A stretch of DNA of 64,000 bases, counting the filler, from Octopus bimaculoides (taxonomy: Eukaryota): NCBI RefSeq assembly GCF_001194135.2. It is 9 parts of 8 records of this genome, joined end to end, with 100 filler letters (N's around TTAATTAATTAA, not from the genome) between each part and the next. Parts side by side here need not be neighbours in the genome. Positions count along the whole stretch, not along the records: positions 5,938 to 18,013 come from NC_068987.1; positions 18,114 to 33,213 come from NC_068999.1; 7 more parts are not named here. One strand, given 5' to 3'. The position numbers were made by a program, and so were the translations under genes. The notes beneath the pieces are model-generated. The model was not told the DNA's origin, ran no database searches, and worked only from the letters and a program-made list of their open reading frames with translations. Of the stretch, positions 13,082 to 26,309 are shown in pieces; the first letter of the stretch is position 1, and each line of letters opens with the position of its first letter.

Positions 13082-14667
13082 GAGAGAGAGAGGGAGAGTG
13101 AGAAATAAAAAAAAGACAGAGATAGATAGATATATAGCCTCTCTATATTTAGAAATATATTTACATGTATACGTATATAAATAAATATATACATATACAT
13201 ACATGCATACATACATATATCTATATATTCATAATATTTATATATTTATATGTAAGTATTTGTTTGTGTATGTACAACTTATAATACCACCCACAAGATT
13301 GTTATCAATTCATAAATGTAACGATTCATGTTATAATCAAATGTTTTATTTCTCAGCAGCCATTATTTTGCCAATAAAAGCTTTTATACCTTATCACGAA
13401 TATCACTATAGTAAAATATCCAAAATAAATAAATAAACAAATAACAACAACAACGGCAACACCAGCAGGAACAAAGATGATGACGACGGCGATCATGATG
13501 ATTATTTTGATGATGATCATGATGATGATAAAAATAATGATAGTAATAATAATGATAATAACTGTGATAGTAACTACAACGGTGGTAACAACAATAATAA
13601 TTATAACAATTATAATACCAATATTTACTTTTTTTAGTTACAAGAATTAGAAGACTCTAAATATAATGCAAGAATTGTCAGTTGCAAGGTTTCGAAAACT
13701 TACAATTAAATGCAATGGGAGTTGAACGGGGTCCTACTAATTATTTTGCCTTGGAGCAAAGGAGATATATGTAGATAATGAGAAATGAGAAGGGCGTAAG
13801 TCGTTATACAAGTTTGGTTTATAAATTATAAAAACAGAGAAATGGGATAAACGCAACATATTATTCATATAATTATGGTATGATATGATATGATATAATA
13901 TAATATAATATAATATAATATAATATAATATAATATAGAGCCTATTTAGGTTTCTCACGCACAAAGTAGCAGGAAACAATTGTTATATTTATGGTTACTG
14001 TTGCTGAAGGTGGGGCCACATGCATCTAAGGGGGAATTCTAGCATTTACCGAGTAGGTTTGTGTCTGGATACACGAATGTAATCAAGATAGCCATCAGCA
14101 ATCAAGGCATATTAGCATTGTGATTTACCATCAAAAATGTGGGATTGTGTCTTTCAGATCTTCAAGTTATCACCTTTCGAAACACAGTGAATTTGAAATC
14201 GTTCTTCTTCTCGTTGTCGGCGATGTCAGTGTCCTACGCAAGAGAATCATGATATTGTTTATGAGGAAAGAGATACTCAGACATACATACAGGCACTAAC
14301 ATACACACAGATGTACAGATGCACAGATGCACAGATCTGTACATCTGTGCATACACACAGATGAACAGATGTACAGATGTACAGACGCGCATACATGTAT
14401 ACTGTACCTAGAAATATACATACATAACGATATATAGACGGTTCAATATATAATGTATTGATAGAATAGTTTTTTAACAACCAGAATGTTTCCGGAATGC
14501 GAAATATGACCTCGAATTGTCTCGCAAAAAATATCAGGAAGACATATAAAACTTTTTAAAAACTAAACTGTAAATGTGTTGCGTAATCTTTATTTCTAAA
14601 AGCATATTTAAACGTATTATCATATATANNNNNNNNNNNNNNNNNNNNNNNNNNNNNNNNNNNNNNN

Positions 14668-14715
<48 letters not shown>

Positions 14716-14717
<2 letters not shown>

Positions 14718-15020
14718 GAGACCCCCTTCGGTCACGAATGGCCATGGGATTGCATCTGGAAAGTTACCCTCAGGGGCACAAGTCCGGGCAAGTTTGGTTA
14801 AGGAAAACCAGCAGTCACCCATGCATACCAACCTCCCCCTCTCCACGCCACCGATGTTATCCAAGTGAAAGGCAAGGGCCTATACATCTTGGCACCAGTG
14901 ACGTCGCAACTCATTTCTACAGGTGAGTGAACTGGAGCAACGTGAAATAAAGTGTCTTGCTCAAGAACACAACACATAAACTGGTGCGAGAATCGAACTC
15001 ACAACCTCACGATCAAGCCC
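14716..15020 (-). mobile_element. tRNA SINE with RTE-like 3' tail
   Basis: Plus strand reads gagacccccttcggtcacgaatggccatgggattgc...cttgctcaagaacacaac...gaatcgaactc (reversed B box). Confidence 0.65.
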
Positions 15021-15973
15021 ACGTGCATGTGGGTGTAAGTGTGTGTACTAATATATTCAATGATAACTTGCATATTTATTTTAGAAGCTTTCAATAGATT
15101 GGAATACAAATATGCTAATCTCTTTTGTTTATGTCTCAAGAGAACAGCTTCTCCTTTACGACGACTATATGTTCATAACACTCGATTCATTAATGCAGGG
15201 GATGCTAGGATACTAATATTTCGCCATAGTACACGGATCAGCGAACATTTTGTTCACCAAAATTATATAGAAGGCCACCGGCTCTGGTTCAACAATTCGA
15301 GTACTTATGACTGACAAGACACACGTTAATTATTTCTTCCTATCGACTAACAACTTAAAAAATAAAGCAAAAATAAAAATTTAAAAACCTCAAAACAGAC
15401 CAACAATAAACGGCAGTGATTTCCTGCCTGGAGATGAAGCCAGATAGTATTATGAAGACATGAGGAAATGCGATTTTGTGAATTGCAGGATAATTTTTAT
15501 GACGTCATTTACATATGTAAATACACATTTCAGTCTTCTCCCAGTCTTTATACATTGAGGTAACACAACAGCGACCAGCTTATTCCCGTTCGAATCTGCC
15601 GGAACGTGTTTAGAATAAATATGTTAGTTATCATTTCGAATCTCACTGTACAAAGTTACAATGACGATTTATTATAAGTTGCCAGATATCAGCATGCATC
15701 AGTGAACGAAGTGTTTACTGCCGTCATAAGCAAACGATCGACTCTTGCTAGATTCATCGCTCCGATAACTTTCGCCTGTTCGCAGGGCAAATGATGACTT
15801 ATATCCACGCGCGTGTGTGCGTGCCTGGATTTGTGTGTGCGTGTATACGTGAGTGTGTGTGTATGTGTGTGTACAGGAGAGAGCGAGAAAAATAGGGAGA
15901 GTGTATGGTTGTGTGTGAGAGTTACACGCGCAGAGAGAGACACAGAGAAAGAGACAGAGACAGAGAGAGGCAG

Positions 15974-16054
<81 letters not shown>

Positions 16055-16131
16055 AGGAGAGAGAGAGAGAGAGCGAGATAGAGNNNNNNNNNNNNNNNNN
16101 NNNNNNNNNNNNNNNNNNNNNNNNNNNNNNN

Positions 16132-16176
<45 letters not shown>

Positions 16177-17780
16177 CTTACATGCAAATCATAATTGAAA
16201 AATATTACTCCGATGCCAAACAGTAAATATTACATTACAGAATTGGAAAAGGCTTTACAAACTTTACAAACAACCGATCATGAGACAACCACTAGTATTG
16301 AGAACAATGCATAAGTATGCATAATGAGTGAACTCGCCGAATAAACAATAAAAATGGATGTGGCTGGACGATTACTTTTCGAAATAACAAGAAGCTCTTG
16401 GATGATCGCAATTAACCGTGATGATAGAGTATGTTAGCAATCAGTCAATTGAAATCGTAATTAAAACTTAGATAGTGTAAATCGTTTACACACGTAGAAG
16501 CGGGGCAGAAAAATATAGAGAATAGAAAAAAAAAACTTAATTAGAAATGTAAAAATAATTGATAAAAATTACAATTATAATGGAAAATTCATAAATCAAA
16601 GGCAAATTATAAACCAAGGGCAAATGAGAATCACAGCAATATAAATAAATTAACTAATTAATTAATTAATAATTAATGTACGGATTTTAATTTATTTCAT
16701 CATTGACGCCTTCTTATATGCGCATGTGTATGTATATGCAGGTGGGCTTCTATGCATGTATCTATATACATATATATATGTATGTGTGTGTGTGTGTGTG
16801 TGAGTGTGTGTGTGTGTGTGTGTGTATGCATGCATGTAACTGTATATTCATGTATGATGATGGATTCTTTTGCTATATCTAAGTATAGTGTGAAAGTTAC
16901 CCATCATATTTAAAATGACATTTTATTGTTTATTATTGGCTGTTTCTCATTCCACATGATTTTACTGTACAATTTTTTCTACACACAACTCTCTCTGTCT
17001 CTCCCTCTCCCTCTATCTATCTATATATCTATATCTATATATATATATATATATNNNNNNNNNNNNNNNNNNNNNNNNNNNNNNNNNNNNNNNNNNNNNN
17101 NNNNNNNNNNNNNNNNNNNNNNNNNNNNNNNNNNNNNNNNNNNNNNNNNNNNNNNNNNNNNNNNNNNNNNNNNNNNNNNNNNNNNNNNNNNNNNNNNNNN
17201 NNNNNNNNNNNNNNNNNNNNNNNNNNNNNNNNNNNNNNNNNNNNNNNNNNNNNNNNNNNNNNNNNNNNNNNNNNNNNNNNNNNNNNNNNNNNNNNNNNNN
17301 NNNNNNNNNNNNNNNNNNNNNNNNNNNNNNNNNNNNNNNNNNNNNNNNNNNNNNNNNNNNNNNNNNNNNNNNNNNNNNNNNNNNNNNNNNNNNNNNNNNN
17401 NNNNNNNNNNNNNNNNNNNNNNNNNNNNNNNNNNNNNNNNNNNNNNNNNNNNNNNNNNNNNNNNNNNNNNNNNNNNNNNNNNNNNNNNNNNNNNNNNNNN
17501 NNNNNNNNNNNNNNNNNNNNNNNNNNNNNNNNNNNNNNNNNNNNNNNNNNNNNNNNNNNNNNNNNNNNNNNNNNNNNNNNNNNNNNNNNNNNNNNNNNNN
17601 NNNNNNNNNNNNNNNNNNNNNNNNNNNNNNNNNNNNNNNNNNNNNNNNNNNNNNNNNNNNNNNNNNNNNNNNNNNNNNNNNNNNNNNNNNNNNNNNNNNN
17701 NNNNNNNNNNNNNNNNNNNNNNNNNNNNNNNNNNNNNNNNNNNNNNNNNNNNNNNNNNNNNNNNNNNNNNNNNNNNNNNT

Positions 17781-18013
17781 AGATGAAGAGGGGAGGGGAG
17801 TTGAGTCCATGTGGCGCAAAGGAGCGGAGAGAGAAGAGTAATCCCTGTTCACGGCGCAAACGGGAGTCCGGATGGCCCCTGTGCATGGACAATCCAAACA
17901 CAGACAGGTGTTGCTGCAAGGAGTGGCCGGCGGAACGGAAGGGGCGTGACACCGGGGTGTCATTGGCAACGTTGATGTCTCGGAGGTGTTCCGCGAATCG
18001 GTCGGCCAGGCGG
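17781..18013 (-). mobile_element. Penelope-like element, GIY-YIG endonuclease C-terminal fragment
   Basis: RLADRFAEHLRDINVANDTPVSRPFRSAGHS...RLRREQGLLFSLRSFAPHGLN matches the R.L..RF.EH...PV..HF...H...EQ.LIF.L....P.GLN pattern. Confidence 0.8.
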
Positions 18014-18113
18014 NNNNNNNNNNNNNNNNNNNNNNNNNNNNNNNNNNNNNNNNNNNNTTAATTAATTAANNNNNNNNNNNNNNNNNNNNNNNNNNNNNNN
18101 NNNNNNNNNNNNN

Positions 18114-18482
18114 CCTTCAAAGTGAGAGTTGGTGACCCGATTGTTTGTCCACGATAGACTGCTCTGGTTGTCAATGTTGTTATCACTCTGGAGCTTTCTG
18201 TTAACGTATCCATGCATGGTCTTCTGCTGGAATGCATTCATCCTCTCCTCTGATGTTATGTTACGGTAGAGTCTTGCAATTTCTTTGGGTAAGAGTTCAG
18301 GGTCGTCGAATAGGGAATGCTTGTCAAGTAGTTGCCTTCCCAATCTCATGATGGTATTTACCTCATGTCTGCAGACTTCATCAAGGGGTGAACTTCGACA
18401 CTTGGTGGTTATGAGATGATGTCGAAGAGATATGACATGGCATTCAAAGGCAGTCTGAATTGATGTTAGGCCCCTCCCTCCT
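18114..18482 (-). mobile_element. R4/Dong-like LINE fragment (post-RT region)
   Basis: RNKGGRGLTSIQTAFEC...KTMHGYVNRKLQSD.NID...SLSW. Same clade as 63670-64000. Confidence 0.6.
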
Positions 18483-18529
18483 TTATTTCGTATATGTATG
18501 TATGTATGTATGTATATACATATGTATTT

Positions 18530-18779
18530 ATGTATATATATCTTTTATCTTTTACATGTTTCAGTCATTAGATTGCAACCATGAAGACACATCGCCTTGA
18601 AGAGTTTTTAGTCGAATGAACTGACCCCCAGTACTTTTTCCTTTTAAACCTAGTATTTATTCTATTCAGCTCTTTTACCATATCACTAAATTACAGGAAT
18701 ATAAACACACCTACACCGTTGTTGAGCAGTGGCAGGAGACAGAGACACAAAGACACACACGCATATGTATGTGTGTGTA

Positions 18780-18812
<33 letters not shown>

Positions 18813-19030
18813 TCTTTTATTCTTTTACTTGTTTCAGTCATTTGACTGTGGCCATGCAGGAGCACTACCTTAAAGGAGTTTAGTCAAAGAAATCGACCAC
18901 ATGACTTACTCTTTATAAGCCTACTACTTATTCTATCGGTCTCTGGCTGAACCACTAAGTTACAGGGACATAAATACATCAGCATCGATTGTCAAGCAAT
19001 GGCAGGGGGACAAACACAGACACACATACG
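18530..19030 (-). mobile_element. Two tandem CORE-SINE 3' halves
   Basis: Each begins with tcttttacttgtttcagtcatt on the plus strand (about 18545 and 18820). Confidence 0.7.
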
Positions 19031-20239
19031 TAAATACATACATATATAAACAATTGTGCATGTATGTGTATACATGCACAAACACATACACACACACACA
19101 TACAACATAAGTTTACACACACAATAAACAGTAAACATATCAAGACACACTTCTACATTAGCTCTCACTGAGACACATGCACACACACATACACAGAGTC
19201 TCACACATACAGTCGCACATAAACAATATTCCTGATCAGTCAAAGACAACAACAGATTAGTAAAATGACTCAATGATAGTTAAAATATATGGTAATAAGA
19301 AACAGCATGAAGATTTACTAAATTGGTGCAAACATCTACCATACTATGTTACATTTATTGAAAGACATCTCTATTGAACAGTATCATTTTCTACAGCTGC
19401 CTAAAAAAATCAATAAAGAAATTCTATCAGATTCCAAATGTTCTCAAGAAACGGTGCTGTTATAGACTTCAGTGAAACCATCATGCTATCACATCCGAAA
19501 CACACAGCTTTATGGATGGTTGTTGCTTTGGAGATGTTTGTGTTTTAAAAAGAGATTTTATTAACATTATTTTGTTGTTATTTTTACCTCACTATCCTGA
19601 AGAGTGTATCATAAGATTTTGGGGAGTTCTATAAAAACATTTTCTTTCTTAACTCTCTTTCTGTTTTTGCTGTATTTTTTCATTGTTTTCTTTGTTATTG
19701 CTGTTGTTGTTGCTCTTACTCTTACAATTATTGTTTTTGTTGCTGTTGTTGTTATAGTTATTATTTCCTACCAATGGAAATATGGTTACAAATAATGTTT
19801 CCGTGTTTGATTTTTGACATGTATTTAGGTGTGTATGCCAATATATGAGTTCATGTGTGTGACTGTGTGAGAGTTTGAGCAAGGTTTTTCTTTTATACAA
19901 CATGTTCCAAGCACTTTAGAATATAGACATAAATATGTATGCATATATATATATATATATATATANNNNNNNNNNNNNNNNNNNNNNNNNNNNNNNNNNN
20001 NNNNNNNNNNNNNNNNNNNNNNNNNNNNNNNNNNNNNNNNNNNNNNNNNNNNNNNNNNNNNNNNNNNNNNNNNNNNNNNNNNNNNNNNNNNNNNNNNNNN
20101 NNNNNNNNNNNNNNNNNNNNNNNNNNNNNNNNNNNNNNNNNNNNNNNNNNNNNNNNNNNNNNNNNNNNNNNNNNNNNNNNNNNNNNNNNNNNNNNNNNNN
20201 NNNNNNNNNNNNNNNNNNNNNNNNNNNNNNNNNNNNNNN

Positions 20240-20272
<33 letters not shown>

Positions 20273-20277
<5 letters not shown>

Positions 20278-21130
20278 GTGTGATCAAAAAGTATCCAACT
20301 TTATTTTTTCCACCAAAATTAAGTCTGTGTGGGCAAAATCCTTTGGGTAGGAGGTGACATCAACCTTCCTGTGCATGCTTGAAAATTTTCATGCCAGTAG
20401 GCTGTGTCAGCTCCTGGCTGTTATGCTTAGAGTACAGACATATAGTGTGTGCTCATCAGATTTTCATTTTCACACAAGATGACCAAATGCAACTAACAAA
20501 GATATTGCATAAAGTTTTGCCAGAAGCTTGGTGATACTCAATCTCAAGCCATTCAGAAGATTCAGCAGGATTTTGGTTATGATTCTATGGGCAAAACTTA
20601 GATCAAGGAGTGATACAACTGCTTCAAATATGATCACACTCAGTGGAGATCTAGGCAAGCTCAGGCAGGTCATCCACAAGTCAAAACGAGGAGCTGCTCG
20701 AGAAGGTTCAGTGAATAGGCATGGAAGAGCATCATGTAACAATCCAGCAAATTACTCATGAGGTGGGAACAAAGACAGGATCAGTGCATTCCATTTCAAT
20801 GGAGGATTTTTGCATGTGGAGAGTGTCAGCAAAAAAATAAAGTAGGAGACACTTTTTGAACACACCTTGTAATCCAAGCTTTCCAGGTGAAGAACAACAC
20901 ACCACTTGTTTAACAGGCTCCCCTACTCTCCCAACTTGGCACCATATCACTTCTGGCTCTTCTCCACATTGAAAACCATGCTAAAAGGGAAATGATTTGA
21001 GCTATGAGAGGAAATTATGAGAAAAGTGATGGTGGGGTTCCATAGCATGGTGGGGTTACCAGCAGATGTAGGACTGCTGGGTGAAGTGTGTGAATTCCAA
21101 ATAGGAGTATTTTTGAATGTGATTATGTAA
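20273..21130 (+). mobile_element. Mariner (Hsmar2-like) element, decayed and internally deleted
   Basis: CIKFCQKLGDT...QIKE.YNCFK...GRP.TS N-terminus, with degraded PDLAP.DFWLF remnant near 20930-20990. Begins atacgtgtgatcaaaaagt. Confidence 0.8.
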
Positions 21131-21244
21131 AGTTATGTAACCAAGGTTTGACTTTCATCACTCCAGTTTTCTTTGTGTTACAGAGTAAACATGGCCACCT
21201 CACTGGTAGTGAGCACCAAGGAAGAACAGAGATCAGTGATCAAG

Positions 21245-21900
21245 AGCTCGGAAGTAAGCCTCAAAATGAATCACATGAAATCGAAGTTCATGCAGTTTGA
21301 ATATTCAGCAATAGGCCAAATAATGGTTGAAGACAATGAAATAGAGGAAGTGGAGGAATATGTCTACTTTGGTCAAGAGGTGAATATTCACTGAGACATG
21401 GAGAAGGAGGTCTCATGGAGAATAAGGACTGGATGGAAAGCATTCAACTCCATCAAAGATGTCCTCAAAGGAAAGTTGGAAAGGACCACTTGCACCTACC
21501 TCTTCAATGGCACTATTTTACTTGCAATTTTGTACAGAAATGAAATCTGAGTCACAACAAAGATAGAGGAGCAGAGGCTGGTAACTGCTCAAAGTGCTAT
21601 TGAAAGATCGATGCTGGGAGTGTCACTGAAAGAGCACATCTGGAGTGCAACAATCAGAGAGAAATCTGGCGTGAGAGACAGCATCACCAAATACAGAAGG
21701 TAGAAGTTCAGATGGGCTGGACTCAATGCTCAATTCACGAACCACTGATGGATTGAGTGGTATCTGCATGAGTGGAAGAGGCCAGTCAGAAGGCCCCCAA
21801 AATGGTGGGTTGATGAAATATGAAATGTGTTTGGAGTTACATGGATGAGGAAGGAATGATCCAGAGAGGAATGGATGGCATGCAGTGTCAATACAATGCC
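21245..21900 (+). mobile_element. RTE-clade LINE 3' fragment
   Basis: IEEVEEYVYFGQEV...RIRTGWKAFNSIKDVL...ERSMLGVSL..HI...KFRWAG. Confidence 0.8.
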
Positions 21901-21947
21901 CAAAAGTCTTGTTGGTCAAGATGATATATATACGTGTGTGTGTGTGT

Positions 21948-22033
<86 letters not shown>

Positions 22034-22089
22034 TCATACATATGCATATATATGTATACATATGTGTGTATCTATGTATNNNNNNNNNN

Positions 22090-22141
<52 letters not shown>

Positions 22142-22600
22142 CACATATGCATGCACGTTTTTTAATAATATTTATCGAGCATGATATAACATGAAATATA
22201 TTGTGTGTGTGTGTGTATGTGTGTGTGCGCGCGCGCGTGTGTGTGTACAAACCTTTACACACATAAGTATATATTGTCACTCTTATATGCGTATACAGAT
22301 GTAAATAGTGCATACATAGACTGCAGCATGGAAGCATTAATGCACTTTTACATTTATGCACGCATATTATAGAATGTCTTCAATAGATATTTCCTGCAGT
22401 ATTGTCTAAATGACCATTAATTCATAACTTACAATGCTTCATTGAAGAATCTTATTAATTTTGCTAACCTAACATTATATTTTAAGTGATTCCTAATTAA
22501 GGAATAAATAGATTAACTCTACCATAGGTTTATCTCTAATTAATTTACAAAATTCACTACTCAAATACCACTTCTTTATATTTATATTGACTGTGTCATT

Positions 22601-22645
<45 letters not shown>

Positions 22646-22677
22646 GCTGTTGTTGTTATTGCTGCTGCTGCTGCTGC

Positions 22678-22713
<36 letters not shown>

Positions 22714-23345
22714 AGCTGCTGTTGTTGTCATTGATGGTGGTGATGGTGGTGTTGCTACTGCTGAGATGCTCTTCTGATATAGAATTTTCAAAGAATTTTT
22801 TGATAAAAAATTTCAAAGAATTATTTGTCTATTTCATTGAATTTTTATGATTATTTTATAATTACTTAAACATTTTATGCCAAACAACATGTATCAGAAA
22901 AGAAAATATATTTGATATGGTTAGGTTACAGTTTATAACACCAACTCTCTAAAATGTAAACAAATATAAATATACCTTGTTATTCTCTTTTCACACACAA
23001 AAATAAGATTATCTTAGATCATTTTTCTGAGGATAAATACTCATCCTCTTCTTCTTATAAAAATCAGTTGGTAGTAGTCACTATTTAAATCAAACACAAA
23101 CCAAAACCCAGTTGAAATGGCTTGTACTTTGTATGTCATATATTAGTCAGTACTGTGCTTAAATATTTAAAAATATTTCATGTACAAACAGTGTGTATTA
23201 CAGGATTAAGAGGTTAGTCTATAATTTAGGATGCCTGCGTGGTAGAAAGTAAAGAAATTTAAATATATTAATCAACCAACTAAATAATGCATGATACACA
23301 AATAGCAAGAATATATGTGCACACATGCATGCATGTGTACGTGTG

Positions 23346-23406
<61 letters not shown>

Positions 23407-23869
23407 ATGTCAAAATAGGTCTCAATATACTTTGGTTAAAATACCTATTTGACAGAAAAAAAAGGGACAGTCTTAATGTAAATATACTTTGTCTCTTGTT
23501 ATAAACAGCTGAATTGTTGTAAGATTAAACCAGCTGAACTGTGTTTTCAAACACACGAGTATGCAGTTCAGATAATGGACAGAGTCACTGACTGTTGAAA
23601 AGGTTGCAAGATGCAACAAAAATTGTAGTAAAAATAAATAAGTAAATGAGTGGAAACCAGACCGGTGAGTGTTAAATTAATAAGGCAGAAAAAGAGAAGG
23701 AGTCTCCCCAGACACAATAATATATATATATATATATATGTAGTCTGACTAATAAGTATCTGGTCTGTTGCTATAGTAACAAAGCTAAAGCATGCAGAGT
23801 AAATCCACATGGCACAGATTGACCTTAAACTCTGCTGTGCATGCACACAAAGTTTTAACATTCTAGCTC

Positions 23870-23996
23870 ACTTCTGCTGTTTACAGCAATGCTTGGGAGG
23901 AAGGTGTGTAGCGTGTGATTATCATTTTGATCATAACAGAGAAAGTTGAGCAGAGAATCTGCATCAAATTTTGCCAAAAGCTTGGCGATACTTGCT
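23870..23996 (+). mobile_element. Mariner 5' fragment (same family as 20273)
   Basis: Encodes EKVEQRICIKFCQKLGDTC, then stops abruptly at a LINE junction. Confidence 0.7.
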
Positions 23997-24980
23997 ATCC
24001 AAATTGACAGTACTTTGGTAGATAAAGCAATTAAGGGTATGAAAACAGGGAAAGCCCCTGGCCCATCAGGAATCACTGCAGAGATGCTTGAAATATCTGG
24101 CAGTGTTGGCTATAGTCTAGTCACCCGTATTGTCAATCAGGTGATACATGAAAGAGTCATACCCAACTGCTACAAAGGTAAAGGTGATGCATTAGATATG
24201 AATAATTACAGAGGTATCAAGTTGTTGGATCAGGTAATGAAAGTCATGGAGAAGGTCATAGCCCAACTAATTACAGAGAGAGTCAGTCTAGATGAGATGC
24301 AGTTTGGGTTTGTGCCAGGGAAATGCACCACTGATGCAATATTTCTGGTAAGACAGCTGCATCGGAAATACTTAGCCAAAGATAAACCTCTGTACCTGGC
24401 TTTCATTGACATGGAGAAAGCCTTTGACAGGGTCCCCCGATCCCTTATCTGGTGGTCAATGTGGAAACTAGAGATAGATGAGTGGTTAGTGAGAGCTGTA
24501 CAAGCCATGTACAGGGACGCTGTCAGTAAAGTGAGGGTTGGAAACAAGTACAGGGAAGAATTCCGGGTAGGGGTAGGGGTCCACCAAGGATCAGTCCTCA
24601 GCCCCCTCCTATTCATCATAGTCCTCCAAGCAATAACAGAGGAATTCAAGACAGGATGCCCCTGGGAGCTTCTCTATGCTGATGACCTTGCTCTTATAGC
24701 TGAGTCACTATCAGAACTAGAGGAGATGTTTCAGGTGTGGAAGTAAGGTCTAGAATTGTAGGGCCTTAGAGTCAATCTAGCAAGAATCAAAGTCTTAATT
24801 AGTAAGAAGGCAGACAAACCACAAATCCCTTCAGGTAGATGGTCCTGCTTGATCTGTAGAAAAGGCGTAGGTAGAAACTCCATAAGATGTACCCCGGGTA
24901 AGCTATGGACACATAAGAGGTGTAGCAATATCAAAGGGAGGCTAACAGGAAAGATAGTTTTTGTGTGTCGCAAATGCTCA
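23997..24980 (+). mobile_element. RTEX/RTE-like LINE reverse transcriptase fragment with downstream Cys-rich finger
   Basis: GKAPGPSGI, NYRGIKLL, QFGFVPG, AFIDMEKAFDRVPR, GVHQGSVLSPLLF and LLYADDL, followed by C.ICRKGVG.NSIRC...HKRCS...C..C. Confidence 0.93.
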
Positions 24981-26309
24981 GGGGCAATTATTGACATCTT
25001 CAAAATATTCCATTTCTTTATTCTTGATGAACTTCCCCCTCTGCTCTCAATTACTATTAGTCATATCTTTATTCTTATCTTTATCATTATTTTTATCTTT
25101 ATTTCTGCTTATTTTCCCCCTTCTTCTTTTTCTTCTTCTTCTTCTTTACACATGCTTTTGCATTTTTTTATATACTTTTCCCTTTTTTGTGTGCATACAT
25201 ATATATTTTGTGTGTATATTTTTTGATATTTAAGTAACCAGTAAAACATGTATTTTTCAGTTTGAAAACTGCTATTTGAAGCTTGAAACTCATACCAGAG
25301 TCACTCACTGTAAACATTATTATCAAAATAAAAATTATCCCAAAAAGCCATCTCTACTCATTCTTTCAAATATATAATACTGTACCAAGAACTTTCTTTT
25401 TATTATTCTACTATATATANNNNNNNNNNNNNNNNNNNNNNNNNNNNNNNNNNNNNNNNNNNNNNNNNNNNNNNNNNNNNNNNNNNNNNNNNNNNNNNNN
25501 NNNNNNNNNNNNNNNNNNNNNNNNNNNNNNNNNNNNNNNNNNNNNNNNNNNNNNNNNNNNNNNNNNNNNNNNNNNNNNNNNNNNNNNNNNNNNNNNNNNN
25601 NNNNNNNNNNNNNNNNNNNNNNNNNNNNNNNNNNNNNNNNNNNNNNNNNNNNNNNNNNNNNNNNNNNNNNNNNNNNNNNNNNNNNNNNNNNNNNNNNNNN
25701 NNNNNNNNNNNNNNNNNNNNNNNNNNNNNNNNNNNNNNNNNNNNNNNNNNNNNNNNNNNNNNNNNNNNNNNNNNNNNNNNNNNNNNNNNNNNNNNNNNNN
25801 NNNNNNNNNNNNNNNNNNNNNNNNNNNNNNNNNNNNNNNNNNNNNNNNNNNNNNNNNNNNNNNNNNNNNNNNNNNNNNNNNNNNNNNNNNNNNNNNNNNN
25901 NNNNNNNNNNNNNNNNNNNNNNNNNNNNNNNNNNNNNNNNNNNNNNNNNNNNNNNNNNNNNNNNNNNNNNNNNNNNNNNNNNNNNNNNNNNNNNNNNNNN
26001 NNNNNNNNNNNNNNNNNNNNNNNNNNNNNNNNNNNNNNNNNNNNNNNNNNGTTTATGTACTGATATGTGCGTCAGTTCAAGTTGTATACATGACAGTTAC
26101 TTTGTTGAGGGTTGTATATACGCACATATATACATATGCATATACACATATGTAAACACACACATGCTCATACGGTTATATATAATAACATATATGTATG
26201 TATTATGCATCTCAACATGTATGTATGGAAAGGAATTCCACATGTAAAAGAGAAAGAAGGGTGACTATAGAGGTGTACTCCCGTGTGGAATCTGGATGTT
26301 ACCCCCACT

